A stretch of DNA of 61,535 nucleotides from Candidatus Cryptobacteroides fimicaballi (GTDB taxonomy: Bacteria > Bacteroidota > Bacteroidia > Bacteroidales > UBA932), in the NCBI GenBank assembly GCA_018065485.1, contig JAGHTF010000007.1, positions 1 through 61,535 on the forward strand. The letters are read 5' to 3'. The notes under the pieces were generated by a model that had not been told where the DNA came from, did not search any database, and saw nothing but the letters and a program-made list of their open reading frames with translations. Made by a program: the position numbers and the translations under genes. This document shows positions 1 through 10,264 of this stretch, piece after piece; position 1 is the stretch's first letter; each line of letters opens with the position of its first letter.

Positions 1-49
1 GCTCGGCACGAAAATTTCGCGATTCTTGGCGCGAGTTGAAAGAAAAACA

Positions 50-100
50 GGGGGTCAGTTTCGACCGGAATTCGGGGGTCAATTTCGTTCGGATTTTCCA
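50..100. mobile_element. Probable terminal repeat region of an IS21-family element (element body lies outside the window)
   Basis: Two tandem imperfect 24-bp units GGGGGTCAGTTTCGACCGGAATTC (50-73) and GGGGGTCAATTTCGTTCGGATTTT (74-97) ending in CCA (100); multiple repeats plus a terminal CA fit IS21-family ends. No transposase in the window. Confidence 0.55.
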
Positions 101-118
101 GTTATAGATTCTGTTTGA

Positions 119-140
119 TTTATCCGTCTGTGCGGATGAA
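119..140. repeat. 22-bp imperfect palindrome (REP-like), copy 1
   Basis: TTTATCCGT-CTGT-GCGGATGAA; related copies at 287-308 and 61316-61337. Confidence 0.55.
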
Positions 141-286
141 CTTTGAGTTTCTAATGATTCTCGTACTATCAAAAGAGCATATTGGGCTTCTTTGTTCTCG
201 CGACGCAATAATTCCAGTCTTTGAAGAACATTTTAGCCTGATTTTGTTCTCGTAGATGGCGGTCCGGGACAGAGTGACACGATTCG

Positions 287-308
287 TTCATTCGCGTGTG
301 CGGATGAA
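287..308. repeat. 22-bp imperfect palindrome (REP-like), copy 2
   Basis: TTCATTCGC-GTGT-GCGGATGAA; shares TGTGCGGATGAA exactly with 129-140. Confidence 0.6.
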
Positions 309-350
309 TCAGATATGGGATAGCCTATTGTACCACTTATGTAATTTTTA

Positions 351-1241
351 CTACCCTATTTGGTGGTGAGGCATTTTTGCAAAAGAAATAACGGCATCCA
401 CGGCCCGGTCTTCGGCCAACGGGTCTTTGTCATAAAAAAGGCAATGGGTTCCGTTTTCTATGACCACGTAATTCTTTCTGTCCGCAACTGCATCGAGATA
501 CAGTTTCAGGGACGGCACGGAAATGATTTTATCTCTTTCGGGACAAATCACGAGGTGTTCGTGCCCGTACTCCCGGATAGCCCTGAGTCCCTGTTTCATA
601 ATTTTGTAATATTCGGGAAGCTGACGGGTGAAGAACCAGGTCCAGTATTCCTTTCCTAGATACATTTCATCGCAGGGAGCGCCTTCATAATGCAGATGAT
701 ACTTGGAACTCGGATGCCAGTGGCAGTTGACCTTGGTTGTGAACGGAGAAAGCACACGCAGAACAACTCTTGCGGTCCAGGGCATCTGAAGATTTTCGAA
801 ACTGGGACTTACAAGAACAACCTTGCCGATTCCGGGGTCGGAACACCCTATGATTGCCACCATTGCCGAGCCCATCGAGTGTCCCAGCAAATGCACTTTC
901 GAATACCTGGTCTTGAGATCACCTACAGCATTCAAAGCCAGGCCCATCCAGTCTTTGGAATGAGACCTTGAAAAATCCCGTCCGCAAGTCCCGTGACCCG
1001 GCAGCCTTGGGACAAAAACGTCATATCCTTCCCGGTAGAGGTCGGTTGCAGGCCGGATGAATTCGCCCGGATATCCTCTGTACCCGTGAATTATGAGCCA
1101 GCATTCATCGGTTTTATCCTTATGCAAAAGGCTGAAGGAGCGGGCCGCACTGCAGCATTGCTTTCTGTCTTCATATACACCCCGATACCACCGGTACGGG
1201 ACTGAATAGTCAAAAATGGAAAAGTCTATGTTGCCAATCAT
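351..1241 (-). CDS. Alpha/beta hydrolase (carboxylesterase/lipase-like)
   Basis: IIHGYRG, PRLPGHG, nucleophile elbow GHSMG, C-terminal His (NGTH). Confidence 0.8.
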   Translation of the reverse strand: MIGNIDFSIFDYSVPYRWYRGVYEDRKQCCSAARSFSLLHKDKTDECWLIIHGYRGYPGEFIRPATDLYREGYDVFVPRLPGHGTCGRDFSRSHSKDWMGLALNAVGDLKTRYSKVHLLGHSMGSAMVAIIGCSDPGIGKVVLVSPSFENLQMPWTARVVLRVLSPFTTKVNCHWHPSSKYHLHYEGAPCDEMYLGKEYWTWFFTRQLPEYYKIMKQGLRAIREYGHEHLVICPERDKIISVPSLKLYLDAVADRKNYVVIENGTHCLFYDKDPLAEDRAVDAVISFAKMPHHQIG

Positions 1242-1346
1242 AAAGTTTTCGGAAAATCAGTCCTTACAAAAATACGCATTTTTAACAAAACCGCGCATCT
1301 TTCATAAAATGAATAACCAATCATAATATTTTGTATTTTTGCACAT

Positions 1347-1778
1347 ATGGCAGATAAGAAAGAATGCATAGAGCTGCTCAACAACGCAGGAATAAAAGCT
1401 ACCGGAAACCGCATCCTGGTGCTTGAGGCCCTGCTAAACTCAAAAGGGCCAAGGTCTATGAAGGATATAGAGACTGAAATTCCTTCCCTGGACAAGTCCA
1501 GCATCTTCCGCTGCCTTTCCACAATGCGGGAGCACGACCTTCTGCACGCCCTGGACGGCGGGCCCGAAGGCATCCGGTACGAAGTGTGCCGCGGACATCA
1601 CAACGGCCCCGATTCCGACGAGCACGTACATTTTTACTGCGAGGTCTGCAAACGCACCTTCTGTTTCGAGGACGTTAAAGTCCCGCGGGTTGAACTCCCT
1701 GACAGTTACAGAATCCACTCGACCGAACACACCATAAAAGGGGTATGTCCGGACTGCACGGCAAAACACAAACTTTAA
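1347..1778 (+). CDS. Fur family transcriptional regulator
   Basis: GIKATGNR..., SIFRCL helix, HVHFYCEVC and CPDC metal-binding motifs. Confidence 0.9.
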   Translation: MADKKECIELLNNAGIKATGNRILVLEALLNSKGPRSMKDIETEIPSLDKSSIFRCLSTMREHDLLHALDGGPEGIRYEVCRGHHNGPDSDEHVHFYCEVCKRTFCFEDVKVPRVELPDSYRIHSTEHTIKGVCPDCTAKHKL

Positions 1779-1791
1779 TCTCTTATATACT

Positions 1792-2331
1792 ATGGCAAAC
1801 AAATATTCAGGAACACAGACCGAGAAGAATCTCGAAGCCGCTTTCGCAGGTGAGTCACAGGCTCGCAACAAGTACACTTATTTCGCATCAAAGGCAAAGA
1901 AGGAAGGATACGAGCAGATTTCCGCCCTCTTCCTCAAAACAGCCGACAACGAAAAGGAACACGCAAAACTCTGGTTCAAGGAACTTGAAGGAATCGGAGA
2001 CACCGCCCAGAACCTCGCAGCCGCGGCCGCAGGCGAGAATTATGAGTGGACCGATATGTACGAAGGCTTCGCCAAGACGGCCGAGGCCGAGGGTTTCCCC
2101 GAGCTTGCAGAGAAATTCCGCCTTGTAGCGGCTATCGAAAAACGTCACGAAGAGCGTTACCGCGCACTTCTCAAGAACGTAGAAACCGCAGAGGTATTCA
2201 AGAAATCAAGCGTCAAGGTATGGGAATGCCGCAACTGCGGTCATATCGTAGTGGGCGAAAGCGCTCCCGAGATCTGCCCTACCTGCGCACACCCCCAGAG
2301 CTACTTTGAAATTCACGCCGAGAACTACTAG
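1792..2331 (+). CDS. rbr: Rubrerythrin
   Basis: [23 protein letters not shown] diiron motifs and C-terminal WECRNCG...CPTCAH rubredoxin domain. Confidence 0.95.
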   Translation: MANKYSGTQTEKNLEAAFAGESQARNKYTYFASKAKKEGYEQISALFLKTADNEKEHAKLWFKELEGIGDTAQNLAAAAAGENYEWTDMYEGFAKTAEAEGFPELAEKFRLVAAIEKRHEERYRALLKNVETAEVFKKSSVKVWECRNCGHIVVGESAPEICPTCAHPQSYFEIHAENY

Positions 2332-3080
2332 TAGTTGTTCTCTTTAAGGAACTGCCCTAAGATGCGACCCATCTTGGGGCTTTTCTTTATGTAACTTCCG
2401 TGATCCTCACCCTGCAGGATAACCAGACGGGAGCCGGGGATGGAATCGGCGATGAGGGTGGTATGTTCTACCGAAATAAGGTCTTCGCTGCCTCCGCACA
2501 CAAGCACGGGACATTTTATGGACTTCAGGTCGGCCGGATCGATCTGAGGTTCTTCGAGCATCATCATCGCCAGAGGGGTGCCTTCGGACAGAATCCACTC
2601 CTTGAAGGATTCAAAGCCAGGGCCGCAGTCGGGATACAGGTTCGCTCCGCTCACAGCCATCGGACCGCAGGTACCGGGATGCGCCATTTCCAGCATAAGC
2701 AGGATTATGCCTCCGTCGCTCCATCCGTAGAGGGCCGGTTTCTCCAATCCAAGTTTTTTTATGAAGCAGTACGTGTCTTCCATCATATCGGCATAATGAT
2801 ACTCATCCAGAACCGGATTCGCACCCTGCCCGCGGGAATCGGGGCTGTAAACCCTGTAGCCGGCCCTAGCCAGTTCCATAGCCTGGGTCCTCAGGCTCTT
2901 GTGGGACCCTCCGTTCCCGTGGACCAGCACCACCGGTTTACCGTCCTTGGGACCTCTTGTCACATAATACAATTCCTGTCCGTTAACCTTTATGGTCGCA
3001 GGCTCCTCGGGGTATTTTAAACACAGGATGGAAAGTGCGGTAAAATAGAAAAAGCCTCTGATGGCTGCAAAGAATTTCAT
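2328..3080 (-). CDS. Alpha/beta hydrolase
   Basis: LVHGNGG, DSRGQG, GWSDG nucleophile motif, EDH catalytic His; hydrophobic N-terminus. Confidence 0.85.
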   Translation of the reverse strand: MKFFAAIRGFFYFTALSILCLKYPEEPATIKVNGQELYYVTRGPKDGKPVVLVHGNGGSHKSLRTQAMELARAGYRVYSPDSRGQGANPVLDEYHYADMMEDTYCFIKKLGLEKPALYGWSDGGIILLMLEMAHPGTCGPMAVSGANLYPDCGPGFESFKEWILSEGTPLAMMMLEEPQIDPADLKSIKCPVLVCGGSEDLISVEHTTLIADSIPGSRLVILQGEDHGSYIKKSPKMGRILGQFLKENNY

Positions 3081-3102
3081 ATCCCAATAATTTGAACAAC
3101 CT

Positions 3103-3131
3103 CAAAGATAGAAAAAATATGACTATCTTTG
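3103..3131. promoter_or_regulatory. Back-to-back Bacteroidetes -7 elements (divergent promoters)
   Basis: CAAAGATA (3103-3110; TATCTTTG on - strand) and TATCTTTG (3124-3131) match the TAnnTTTG consensus between divergent genes. Confidence 0.65.
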
Positions 3132-3146
3132 TTAAAATTTGTCAAA

Positions 3147-4376
3147 ATGGATTCTCCAATCTTCACCCCCTGCCGCATTGGTCCCGTGACCCTGAAAAAC
3201 AGGGTAATCCGCTCGGCCGCCTTTGAGAACATGGCCTACGGAAACTCTCCTTCGAAAGATCTTTTCGATTATCACACGGCGGTTGCCAGAGGCGGCGTAG
3301 GAATGACAACCGTAGCCTACGCGGCGGTCTGCCGGTCCGGCCTGTCCTTCGACGGGCAGTTGTGGATGAGGGAGGAAATAATCCCGGAACTCAGGAAACT
3401 CACGGACTCAGTCCATTCCTACGGAGCCAAAGCCTCGATTCAGCTGGGACATTGCGGGAATATGACCCATCGGGCCACCTGCAAATGCACTCCTGTAGGT
3501 GCGTCGGGCGGGTTCAACATCTACTCCCCTACCATCGTCAGGAAACTCCGCAGGGATGAAATAGCCGACCTTGCCCGAAAGTTCGGCGACTCTGTAAGAC
3601 TTGCCCGCCGCGCAGGATTCGACTGCGTTGAGATTCACGCAGGTCACGGCTATCTCATCAGCCAGTTCCTCTCCCCCTATACCAACCGCCGGCACGACGA
3701 ATTCGGCGGCAGTCTCCAGAACCGTATGCGCTTTATGGAGATGGTGATGAAGGAGGTGATGGAGGCGGCCGGAGACGATATGGGCGTTCTGGTGAAGGTG
3801 AACATGCACGACGGATTCCGCGGAGGAATGCAGACCGACGAATGCATAAAGGTAGCGCAGGAGTTGGAAAGACTGGGAGCGCACGCGCTTGTACTCTCGG
3901 CCGGTTTCGTGAGCAAGGCCCCAATGGAGGTGATGCGCGGGGCAATGCCTCTCAAGACTCTGGCTTACTATATGGATATGAAATCCTTCTGGTGGCTCAA
4001 GGCTATGCTGCGGCTCATAGGCAGGATTCTCATTCCCACCGTTCCCTACAGCGAGGGCTATTTCCTGGAGGAGGCAAAGAAATTCAGGGCGGCTCTCACA
4101 ATGCCTCTGGTGTATGTGGGAGGGCTTGTTTCCAAGCAGAAAATGGAAGAGGTGCTCGAAGCCGGCTTTACCGGCCTGCAAATGGCAAGAGCCCTTGTAC
4201 ACGATACCGATTTTGTCAACAAACTTAAAGAAGGAGAACTCGAATGCAGCGGGTGCAGGCATTCCAACTATTGCATAGGACGGATGTACACCCTGGAGAT
4301 GAAATGCCACCACTGCGTGGACAATCTCCCCAAGAAACTGCAGAAAGAGATACAGAAAGCGGAAAACACAAAATGA
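3147..4376 (+). CDS. NADH:flavin oxidoreductase (Old Yellow Enzyme family)
   Basis: LKNRVIRSA, QLGHCG, GFDCVEIHAGHGYLISQFLSP, NRRHDEFGGSLQNR. ATG 3147 preferred to TTG 3129. Confidence 0.92.
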   Translation: MDSPIFTPCRIGPVTLKNRVIRSAAFENMAYGNSPSKDLFDYHTAVARGGVGMTTVAYAAVCRSGLSFDGQLWMREEIIPELRKLTDSVHSYGAKASIQLGHCGNMTHRATCKCTPVGASGGFNIYSPTIVRKLRRDEIADLARKFGDSVRLARRAGFDCVEIHAGHGYLISQFLSPYTNRRHDEFGGSLQNRMRFMEMVMKEVMEAAGDDMGVLVKVNMHDGFRGGMQTDECIKVAQELERLGAHALVLSAGFVSKAPMEVMRGAMPLKTLAYYMDMKSFWWLKAMLRLIGRILIPTVPYSEGYFLEEAKKFRAALTMPLVYVGGLVSKQKMEEVLEAGFTGLQMARALVHDTDFVNKLKEGELECSGCRHSNYCIGRMYTLEMKCHHCVDNLPKKLQKEIQKAENTK

Positions 4377-5146
4377 AAGTCACGCTTATAACAGGAGCGA
4401 GTTCCGGAATGGGGCTCGAATATGCGAAGCAGCTTGCAGCCAAAGGCAATGACCTTCTTATTGTGAGCAATCAGCAGGAGCAGCTTATCGAGGCCACTTC
4501 TATGCTTGTGGAGGAATACGGAGTTAACGTAATTCCCCGTTATCAGGACCTTGCAAGAGAAGACGCAGCCCAACAGCTGTACGACTACTGCAAAGAGCAG
4601 GATTACGAAGTGGACACCCTAATATGCAATGCCGGAATGTTTTTCTTCAAGGAAATGCACCCCGGAATCGAGCCGCGCATAAGCACAATGCTCAATCTTC
4701 ACGTTACCACCAACACAAGGCTCTGTCTGCTGTTCGGAGAGGATATGAAGAACCGCCGCGGCGGGCACATTCTCATTGTGTCGTCGCTGGCCGCTGTGCT
4801 TCCTATGCCGGGAATAACACTGTACGCAGCTACCAAGGCCTACCTCAAGAGTTTCGGACGCTCGCTTTACTTTGAGATGAGACCCTACGGCGTGAGTGTA
4901 ACCACCGTATGCCCGGCAGCCGTGGCCACGCCCCTTTACAATCTGAAACCCAGCCTAATGGACTTTGCAGTAAAAATCGGAGTGATATGGACTCCGCAAA
5001 GGCTGGTGCGTCTGGCACTCAAGGCTATGTACCGCAAACGCCGGCTGTACAGCCCCGGCTTTATGAACCTGTGGATGCCGGCGGTAATCGCACTTTTGCC
5101 CAAGTCCCTCGTAAATGCAATATGGAAAAGATTAAACAAAGAATAA
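4373..5146 (+). CDS. Short-chain dehydrogenase/reductase (SDR)
   Basis: TGASSGMG, CNAG, YAATK; ATGA overlap with the upstream stop. Confidence 0.92.
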   Translation: MKVTLITGASSGMGLEYAKQLAAKGNDLLIVSNQQEQLIEATSMLVEEYGVNVIPRYQDLAREDAAQQLYDYCKEQDYEVDTLICNAGMFFFKEMHPGIEPRISTMLNLHVTTNTRLCLLFGEDMKNRRGGHILIVSSLAAVLPMPGITLYAATKAYLKSFGRSLYFEMRPYGVSVTTVCPAAVATPLYNLKPSLMDFAVKIGVIWTPQRLVRLALKAMYRKRRLYSPGFMNLWMPAVIALLPKSLVNAIWKRLNKE

Positions 5147-5148
5147 CA

Positions 5149-6090
5149 ATGAAAAGAACCATAATACTTTCAATCGCGCTGATGCTCGCAAGCGGGCTTC
5201 AGGCGCAGAACACGGAAAACGTAAAATTCGGCAACTTCGAGCAGTGGACCGTGAGAATGTTCAAGGAATCCGGAGTGCTCGGAGGCAAGACTGTTCCGTT
5301 ATACGTGGTTGGCCCCCGCGACACAATCGTCGGGAACAAAGCTTACGATTATTCCAAGACAATATGGGCAAGTTCCAATTCTTTCGCCCAGGTTATGGGA
5401 ATCACCAAGATAAGCTGCTCGGTTATGCCGGACAAAGGGCCTTCGGGCACCTGTGCAAGGCTCGAGACCAATATGGTAAAGTGCAAGGCTATCGGCATAA
5501 TAGACATTAACGTCCTTGCCCAGGGTGCGCTATTCTGGGGAAAGGTATGGGAACCGATTACCAGCACCAAGACAGCCGAAGCCGCAATGGAGTGGGGCAT
5601 TCCGTTTACAAGAAAGCCTGCAGCCCTGATTTTCGATTACAAGGCAACACTGCCAAATACAGGCAGACTCCTCAAAGACAATAAGGAGATTGACGGATAC
5701 GACCCTGAGGAAGCTATGTTCATCCTGCAGAAGCGATGGGAAGACAAGGACGGCAATCTCCACGCGAAAAGAGTGGGCACTGCGATTCATCTGATCGAAA
5801 AAAGCACCGGCTCGTGGGTAAAGGGAATGAGGGTCCCCGTAATCTACGGTGACGCCACCAAAGACCCGGCCTACAACAAGGCAATGGCGCTTATGGACTC
5901 TTCCAACAAAATCAGGATTTACGCCAGGAACAGCAGAGGCGAGAGCCGGCAGGTTATAGAAGAAGGCTGGGCTTCGCCCGATGAAACCCCGACCCACGCT
6001 CTCCTGAACTTCACCTCCGGCACGCAGGGCGCCTTCTGCGGGGCCTTGGGCAATGTACTTTGGGTAGATAACGTAAAACTCGAATACTGA
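5149..6090 (+). CDS. Secreted PCMD-domain (putative carbohydrate metabolism domain) protein
   Basis: Signal peptide MKRTIILSIALMLASGLQA; FGNFEQW, WASSN, WGIPFTRKP, LWVDNVKLEY motifs typical of Bacteroidetes PCMD proteins. Confidence 0.75.
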   Translation: MKRTIILSIALMLASGLQAQNTENVKFGNFEQWTVRMFKESGVLGGKTVPLYVVGPRDTIVGNKAYDYSKTIWASSNSFAQVMGITKISCSVMPDKGPSGTCARLETNMVKCKAIGIIDINVLAQGALFWGKVWEPITSTKTAEAAMEWGIPFTRKPAALIFDYKATLPNTGRLLKDNKEIDGYDPEEAMFILQKRWEDKDGNLHAKRVGTAIHLIEKSTGSWVKGMRVPVIYGDATKDPAYNKAMALMDSSNKIRIYARNSRGESRQVIEEGWASPDETPTHALLNFTSGTQGAFCGALGNVLWVDNVKLEY

Positions 6091-6821
6091 TGGACTGCAA
6101 TATTCTCAAAGACCGATGCATAGAATGGATCAGGGACTGGTTCGAGCATAACGGAAAGGGCTGCCGCGCCGTTCTTGGAATGAGCGGAGGCAAGGACAGC
6201 ACCGTTGCCGCGGCACTCTGCGCGCAGGCGCTCGGCCCCGACAAGGTTACCGGCGTTGCAATGCCCTCTCTCGGGCAGAGCCTCAACGAGGCCGACGAAA
6301 TCTGCAGTTACCTCGGAATCAGATACCTGTGCGTTCCCATCGGCGGAATCGCCGCTGAATTCGGAAAAATATCCCTGTCCGCCGGGGAAGAGATGTCGGT
6401 TCAGGCCGAGCAGAATATCCCTCCCAGAATACGGATGACGGTGTTGTACGCAATCTCACAGAGCGAAGGAGGACGGGTTGTGAATACCTGCAACCTCTCG
6501 GAAGACTACATAGGCTACGCTACCCGCTGGGGCGACGCGGCCGGCGACTTCTGCCCGCTGGGAGGTCTTACAGTTCAGGAAATCAGAGGGATAGGGCACG
6601 CGATGGGACTGCCTTCGAAATGGGTGGACAAGACTCCGGACGACGGGCTTCCGCACAGCTGCTCGGACGAGCAGAAATTCGGTTTCACATACGAGGTGCT
6701 GGACCGCTACATCCGCACCGGAGTGTGCGACGATCCCGCCGTAAAAGAAAAAATCGACCGTATGCATCGGAACAATCTCTTCAAGTTGAGTATGCCCGAG
6801 AAGTTCGAACCGGAGTTATGA
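6090..6821 (+). CDS. nadE: NH3-dependent NAD+ synthetase (no glutaminase domain)
   Basis: SGGKDS PP-loop, NIPPRIRM, NTCNLSEDYIGYATRWGD, KTPDDGL; 243 aa, synthetase domain only. Confidence 0.92.
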   Translation: MDCNILKDRCIEWIRDWFEHNGKGCRAVLGMSGGKDSTVAAALCAQALGPDKVTGVAMPSLGQSLNEADEICSYLGIRYLCVPIGGIAAEFGKISLSAGEEMSVQAEQNIPPRIRMTVLYAISQSEGGRVVNTCNLSEDYIGYATRWGDAAGDFCPLGGLTVQEIRGIGHAMGLPSKWVDKTPDDGLPHSCSDEQKFGFTYEVLDRYIRTGVCDDPAVKEKIDRMHRNNLFKLSMPEKFEPEL

Positions 6822-7456
6822 ACCTGACGCTCAAGTTCAGCGACCTTTACGACGACGAAGGGTTTTCCGACGGCACCTGCATTGACCTCCGGGACATTCC
6901 CGAGACCAACTCCTACTGCAGTCCTGCTGCGCGGGAGGCTATTCTGGGCAGGATCCTCCCCTACCCTCCTGGCGGAATCCATTGGATCGACAGCGGAGAC
7001 TACCACTACGCCAGCGAAATTTTCATCGGCAGAATACAGGAACCGTTCTGCCTTGCGCTGCTCGACAACCATAGCGACGCGCAGGACGGGGCCTTTGAAG
7101 ACGGAATGCTGAGCTGCGGCAACTGGGTAAAGGTCGCCCGCGAACGCAACCCCCGGCTGGTCGAAAGCAGCTGGAACTCCCCTGCCCTTACCTCTTCCCC
7201 GCAAATTCCGGTGTACATTTCCATAGACCTGGACGTACTTTCCCCGGAATTTGCCAGGACCAACTGGAATCAGGGCACTATGGGTCTGGGGCAGATGGAA
7301 GATATGCTGAGCCGCATCGCGGCCGGACGCAGGGTTCTGGGAATCGACGTATGCGGAGGGCTCACCGTAGCCAAAGGCGCGGGTCCCGCCGACATCGGCA
7401 TAAATCTTCAGACCCGGCACGCTCTGGGAACTTTCCTATCGCAGTTTTTCCTCTAA
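6818..7456 (+). CDS. Arginase/ureohydrolase-fold protein
   Basis: DSGDYHY, LDNHSD, YISIDLDVL, GIDVCG motifs; ATGA overlap with nadE. Confidence 0.75.
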   Translation: MNLTLKFSDLYDDEGFSDGTCIDLRDIPETNSYCSPAAREAILGRILPYPPGGIHWIDSGDYHYASEIFIGRIQEPFCLALLDNHSDAQDGAFEDGMLSCGNWVKVARERNPRLVESSWNSPALTSSPQIPVYISIDLDVLSPEFARTNWNQGTMGLGQMEDMLSRIAAGRRVLGIDVCGGLTVAKGAGPADIGINLQTRHALGTFLSQFFL

Positions 7457-10264
7457 CAAAGAGACTGCGCTTCCGGTGGTGCCGGCAATTCCGCGCTCTC
7501 TTTCGGAAATGAGCGAGAGAAGCCGATCTTCTACAGTTGTATCTATCTGATAATCATATGGCTTTCCAACACCTAGCCGCTCCGGCCACTGAAGGGCCTG
7601 CTCCACGAGCCTGCGGGCTTTACCTAACTGTCCGCAGTCAATAGCCGACGCTGCAAGGTTGAGTTTAATTCTACGGTATTTTTCGTGACTGCTTCGAAGG
7701 CCTTCGAAAGGCAGAATCTCTATCTTATCTATTATTTTTTCCGCCTTCCTATACTGTTTTGTCTGGATATAGGCTTCGACAAGGGCATCCCCGGCCCTGA
7801 CCTGGTCCGGATGGGCAGAATAGAATGACTCGAGCAGGGATACGGCCTCCCGGGCGCGGCCGGTGGTTCTCATCTGCGCGGCAAGCGCGGTAACGTATCT
7901 CCAGCTGTCGGGGTCCAGTTCGGCAGCCTTCCTTAAATCCGACTCTTTATGCAGAAGCCCGTATCTGAATGCATAGAAAGGTGCATAATCGGAATCGGTT
8001 CCGCCAAGAAGTTCCCCGGCTTCCGCAGAATTTCCAAGATGGTTCTGCAGCATTGCAAGCAGATAGCGGCACTTCCATCCGCCACCGTTCTCCACTGCCC
8101 AGGAAAGCGGAGCAAAGGATTCCTGCCGGAAAGGAAACACAAAGGCGATGTCCTGATTCTGCGCATCTGCAATCAGACTCTTGTCGTCACGCAGAAAAGC
8201 AGTCCAAAGTGCTGTAAGCGCATTCTGCACGGGCAGAGCCTCCAGGATGGCCAACGCCTGCTTGTCCAAGCCTAATTCTCTGTAGAACAAGGCAAGTTCC
8301 AGATAGTCCTGCCAGGCAATCTCCTCCTGGAAGGTAGCCGACAACTGTGCAGCTGTCAATTCACCTGCGAGGAACCTCTCTGCCGCCGCAAAATGGCTCA
8401 GTGGATTGAGCTCCAAAATTCTTTCCATTCCCTTCCCGGTGGATTTGAACAGGATTTGCAATGCGGTAAGGTTTGCCCCGTTGCTATCAAGAGCCTTGCG
8501 TGCATAGTGAGCGGCAAGTTCGCCATCGGAATCGCAGAAATATATTTTCGCCAGTTGGGTAAATGCCGCACCTCGAAGAGGGCTGTTCCCTATCGCGGCC
8601 ACCTCCAGACGGTCCATCGCATCGGCCTTCTTTCCCAAACGGAGCGCGGCCAGTCCGCCTGTATATCCGGCATCGGGATCATACTGGTCTATGGCAAGCG
8701 CCTTTGAAGAATACTCATAAGCCATAGCATACTGCATCCTTCGGAACAGCAGCTGCGCTTTAAGGGTAAGCGCTCCAAGCAGGGAAGGATTACCGCAAAG
8801 GGCACTGTCTACCTTAGCCTCGGCCTTGTCATACATTCGCATTCCATAGTAATCCCTTGCCATAATAAGTTGGCCTTCAGGACTGTAAGGGCGGAATTCG
8901 GGATTCCTGTCCTGCGGGCGGTCCACAATCTGGTCGTCGTTCTCCCAAATGCTCCTGCCACCTATGCAGATACGGGACGGTTCTTCTTTCAATTCAATGT
9001 TCACCACCCTGGCCGGAGACAGACCGGTGCCTGAGCTGTAAACAATCTTCCCTGCCTTATTGTAAACAACCAGCTCAGCGGAAGTACGGCGCAGAGGGTA
9101 AATGCCTATGCGATACCGTTCTCCATCACCGTTTACGGAAGTCACAGCATCCAGGGTAACGTTGTCGGCAGGGCCTATACCGCTGTAGGGCAGCCAGTAG
9201 TCGGACCACTGTTCGGTTCCGAAAGGAGTGAACAGAGGCTGCCTGTAAGCCGATGTCTCCGAGCTTTTCACCTGGTTCTGGTTATACAGCTTTCCGCTCT
9301 GCATTTCGATGTATTGGGGTCTGCCGTCGGTAAGCAGATTCACCCATATAAGGCCTCGTCGGCTCTGCGCCCAACTGAAGTACTTGCGCCCGAGTTTCTC
9401 ATCGCGCAGCGACCAATGCATCACACCCCTGTCCTCGCCGGTGTAATATGCGCCGAAGAAAGGTTTGCGCGAGCCCACCATATGGTATGACTTGTCGTCA
9501 CCGTAGGCTTGGGAAGTATATAGCGACAAATCCTTCCCTTCTTTGGTTTTCGGATACTCAAGATTCTCTCCCCCGTGACCTACAGCATTATGACTGGGAT
9601 AAACCAGCACCAGGTCATCGCCGGTACGCACTCCCGAATTGGCCCAGGAATAGAAGGGCTGGTACTCGGCGCTGTCGTTGTGCCAGATGCTCGAAGTCCT
9701 CACCCATACTGCATCCTCGGGCAGATTGATCTCCACAGTCCAATGGCTGCGGCTCAGCATCTCTATGACACCAATATAACAGCTCACACTGCCGTCGCTC
9801 TTGGTCTCTACCTTAAAATCGACGTCTGATGCACAGGACGGCGCGTGGCCGATCACCCCGTAGTTGAACTCGATTCCTCCGCTGGTCCAGGGCCCGCGCA
9901 TCGAAATGTCACGGAACTTTACGACATCGTTGTCATAGAACATCTCCTTGCCCGATATCTTATCGAATACAGACCAGATCTTTCCTCCGATCTGAGGGAA
10001 AATCTTCACCCGAAGGTAATCGTTCTCCAACACCACCATCTTCCATTCGCGGACTTCGTCCCGGGTTGTAAAGCTGTCGAAGCGCCAATACGGATAAAGC
10101 ATTCCGGCATTGGGCACAGGATCGGGGTCGGCAAAGGGATAGGTTTTCATAAGGGTATCCTTGACAATCGCCGTCTGGCCCGCAGAGTCGTGCGAAGCAG
10201 ACAGAAAAACGGGCCCCGCAAAGGCCAGGCCCAGAATCAGTTTTCTGAAAAGATGGTTATTCAT
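7436..10264 (-). CDS. Secreted DUF5107-type protein with TPR repeats
   Basis: Signal peptide; TYPFADPDP, LENDYL, RGPWTSGGIEFN N-terminal domain; helical TPR-like C-terminal half. Confidence 0.75.
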   Translation of the reverse strand: MNNHLFRKLILGLAFAGPVFLSASHDSAGQTAIVKDTLMKTYPFADPDPVPNAGMLYPYWRFDSFTTRDEVREWKMVVLENDYLRVKIFPQIGGKIWSVFDKISGKEMFYDNDVVKFRDISMRGPWTSGGIEFNYGVIGHAPSCASDVDFKVETKSDGSVSCYIGVIEMLSRSHWTVEINLPEDAVWVRTSSIWHNDSAEYQPFYSWANSGVRTGDDLVLVYPSHNAVGHGGENLEYPKTKEGKDLSLYTSQAYGDDKSYHMVGSRKPFFGAYYTGEDRGVMHWSLRDEKLGRKYFSWAQSRRGLIWVNLLTDGRPQYIEMQSGKLYNQNQVKSSETSAYRQPLFTPFGTEQWSDYWLPYSGIGPADNVTLDAVTSVNGDGERYRIGIYPLRRTSAELVVYNKAGKIVYSSGTGLSPARVVNIELKEEPSRICIGGRSIWENDDQIVDRPQDRNPEFRPYSPEGQLIMARDYYGMRMYDKAEAKVDSALCGNPSLLGALTLKAQLLFRRMQYAMAYEYSSKALAIDQYDPDAGYTGGLAALRLGKKADAMDRLEVAAIGNSPLRGAAFTQLAKIYFCDSDGELAAHYARKALDSNGANLTALQILFKSTGKGMERILELNPLSHFAAAERFLAGELTAAQLSATFQEEIAWQDYLELALFYRELGLDKQALAILEALPVQNALTALWTAFLRDDKSLIADAQNQDIAFVFPFRQESFAPLSWAVENGGGWKCRYLLAMLQNHLGNSAEAGELLGGTDSDYAPFYAFRYGLLHKESDLRKAAELDPDSWRYVTALAAQMRTTGRAREAVSLLESFYSAHPDQVRAGDALVEAYIQTKQYRKAEKIIDKIEILPFEGLRSSHEKYRRIKLNLAASAIDCGQLGKARRLVEQALQWPERLGVGKPYDYQIDTTVEDRLLSLISERERGIAGTTGSAVSLLEEKLR

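Noticed and set aside
101-235. Minus-strand frame reading NVLQRLELLRRENKEAQYALLIVRESLE..., a possible gene fragment cut by the IS end
   Set aside because: No start codon, preceded by a stop, and no recognisable family.
257-267. TGGCGGTCCGG, the reverse complement of a tRNA-Asp-like 3' end (possible att remnant)
   Set aside because: Only 11 bp, with no T-arm, integrase or partner site.
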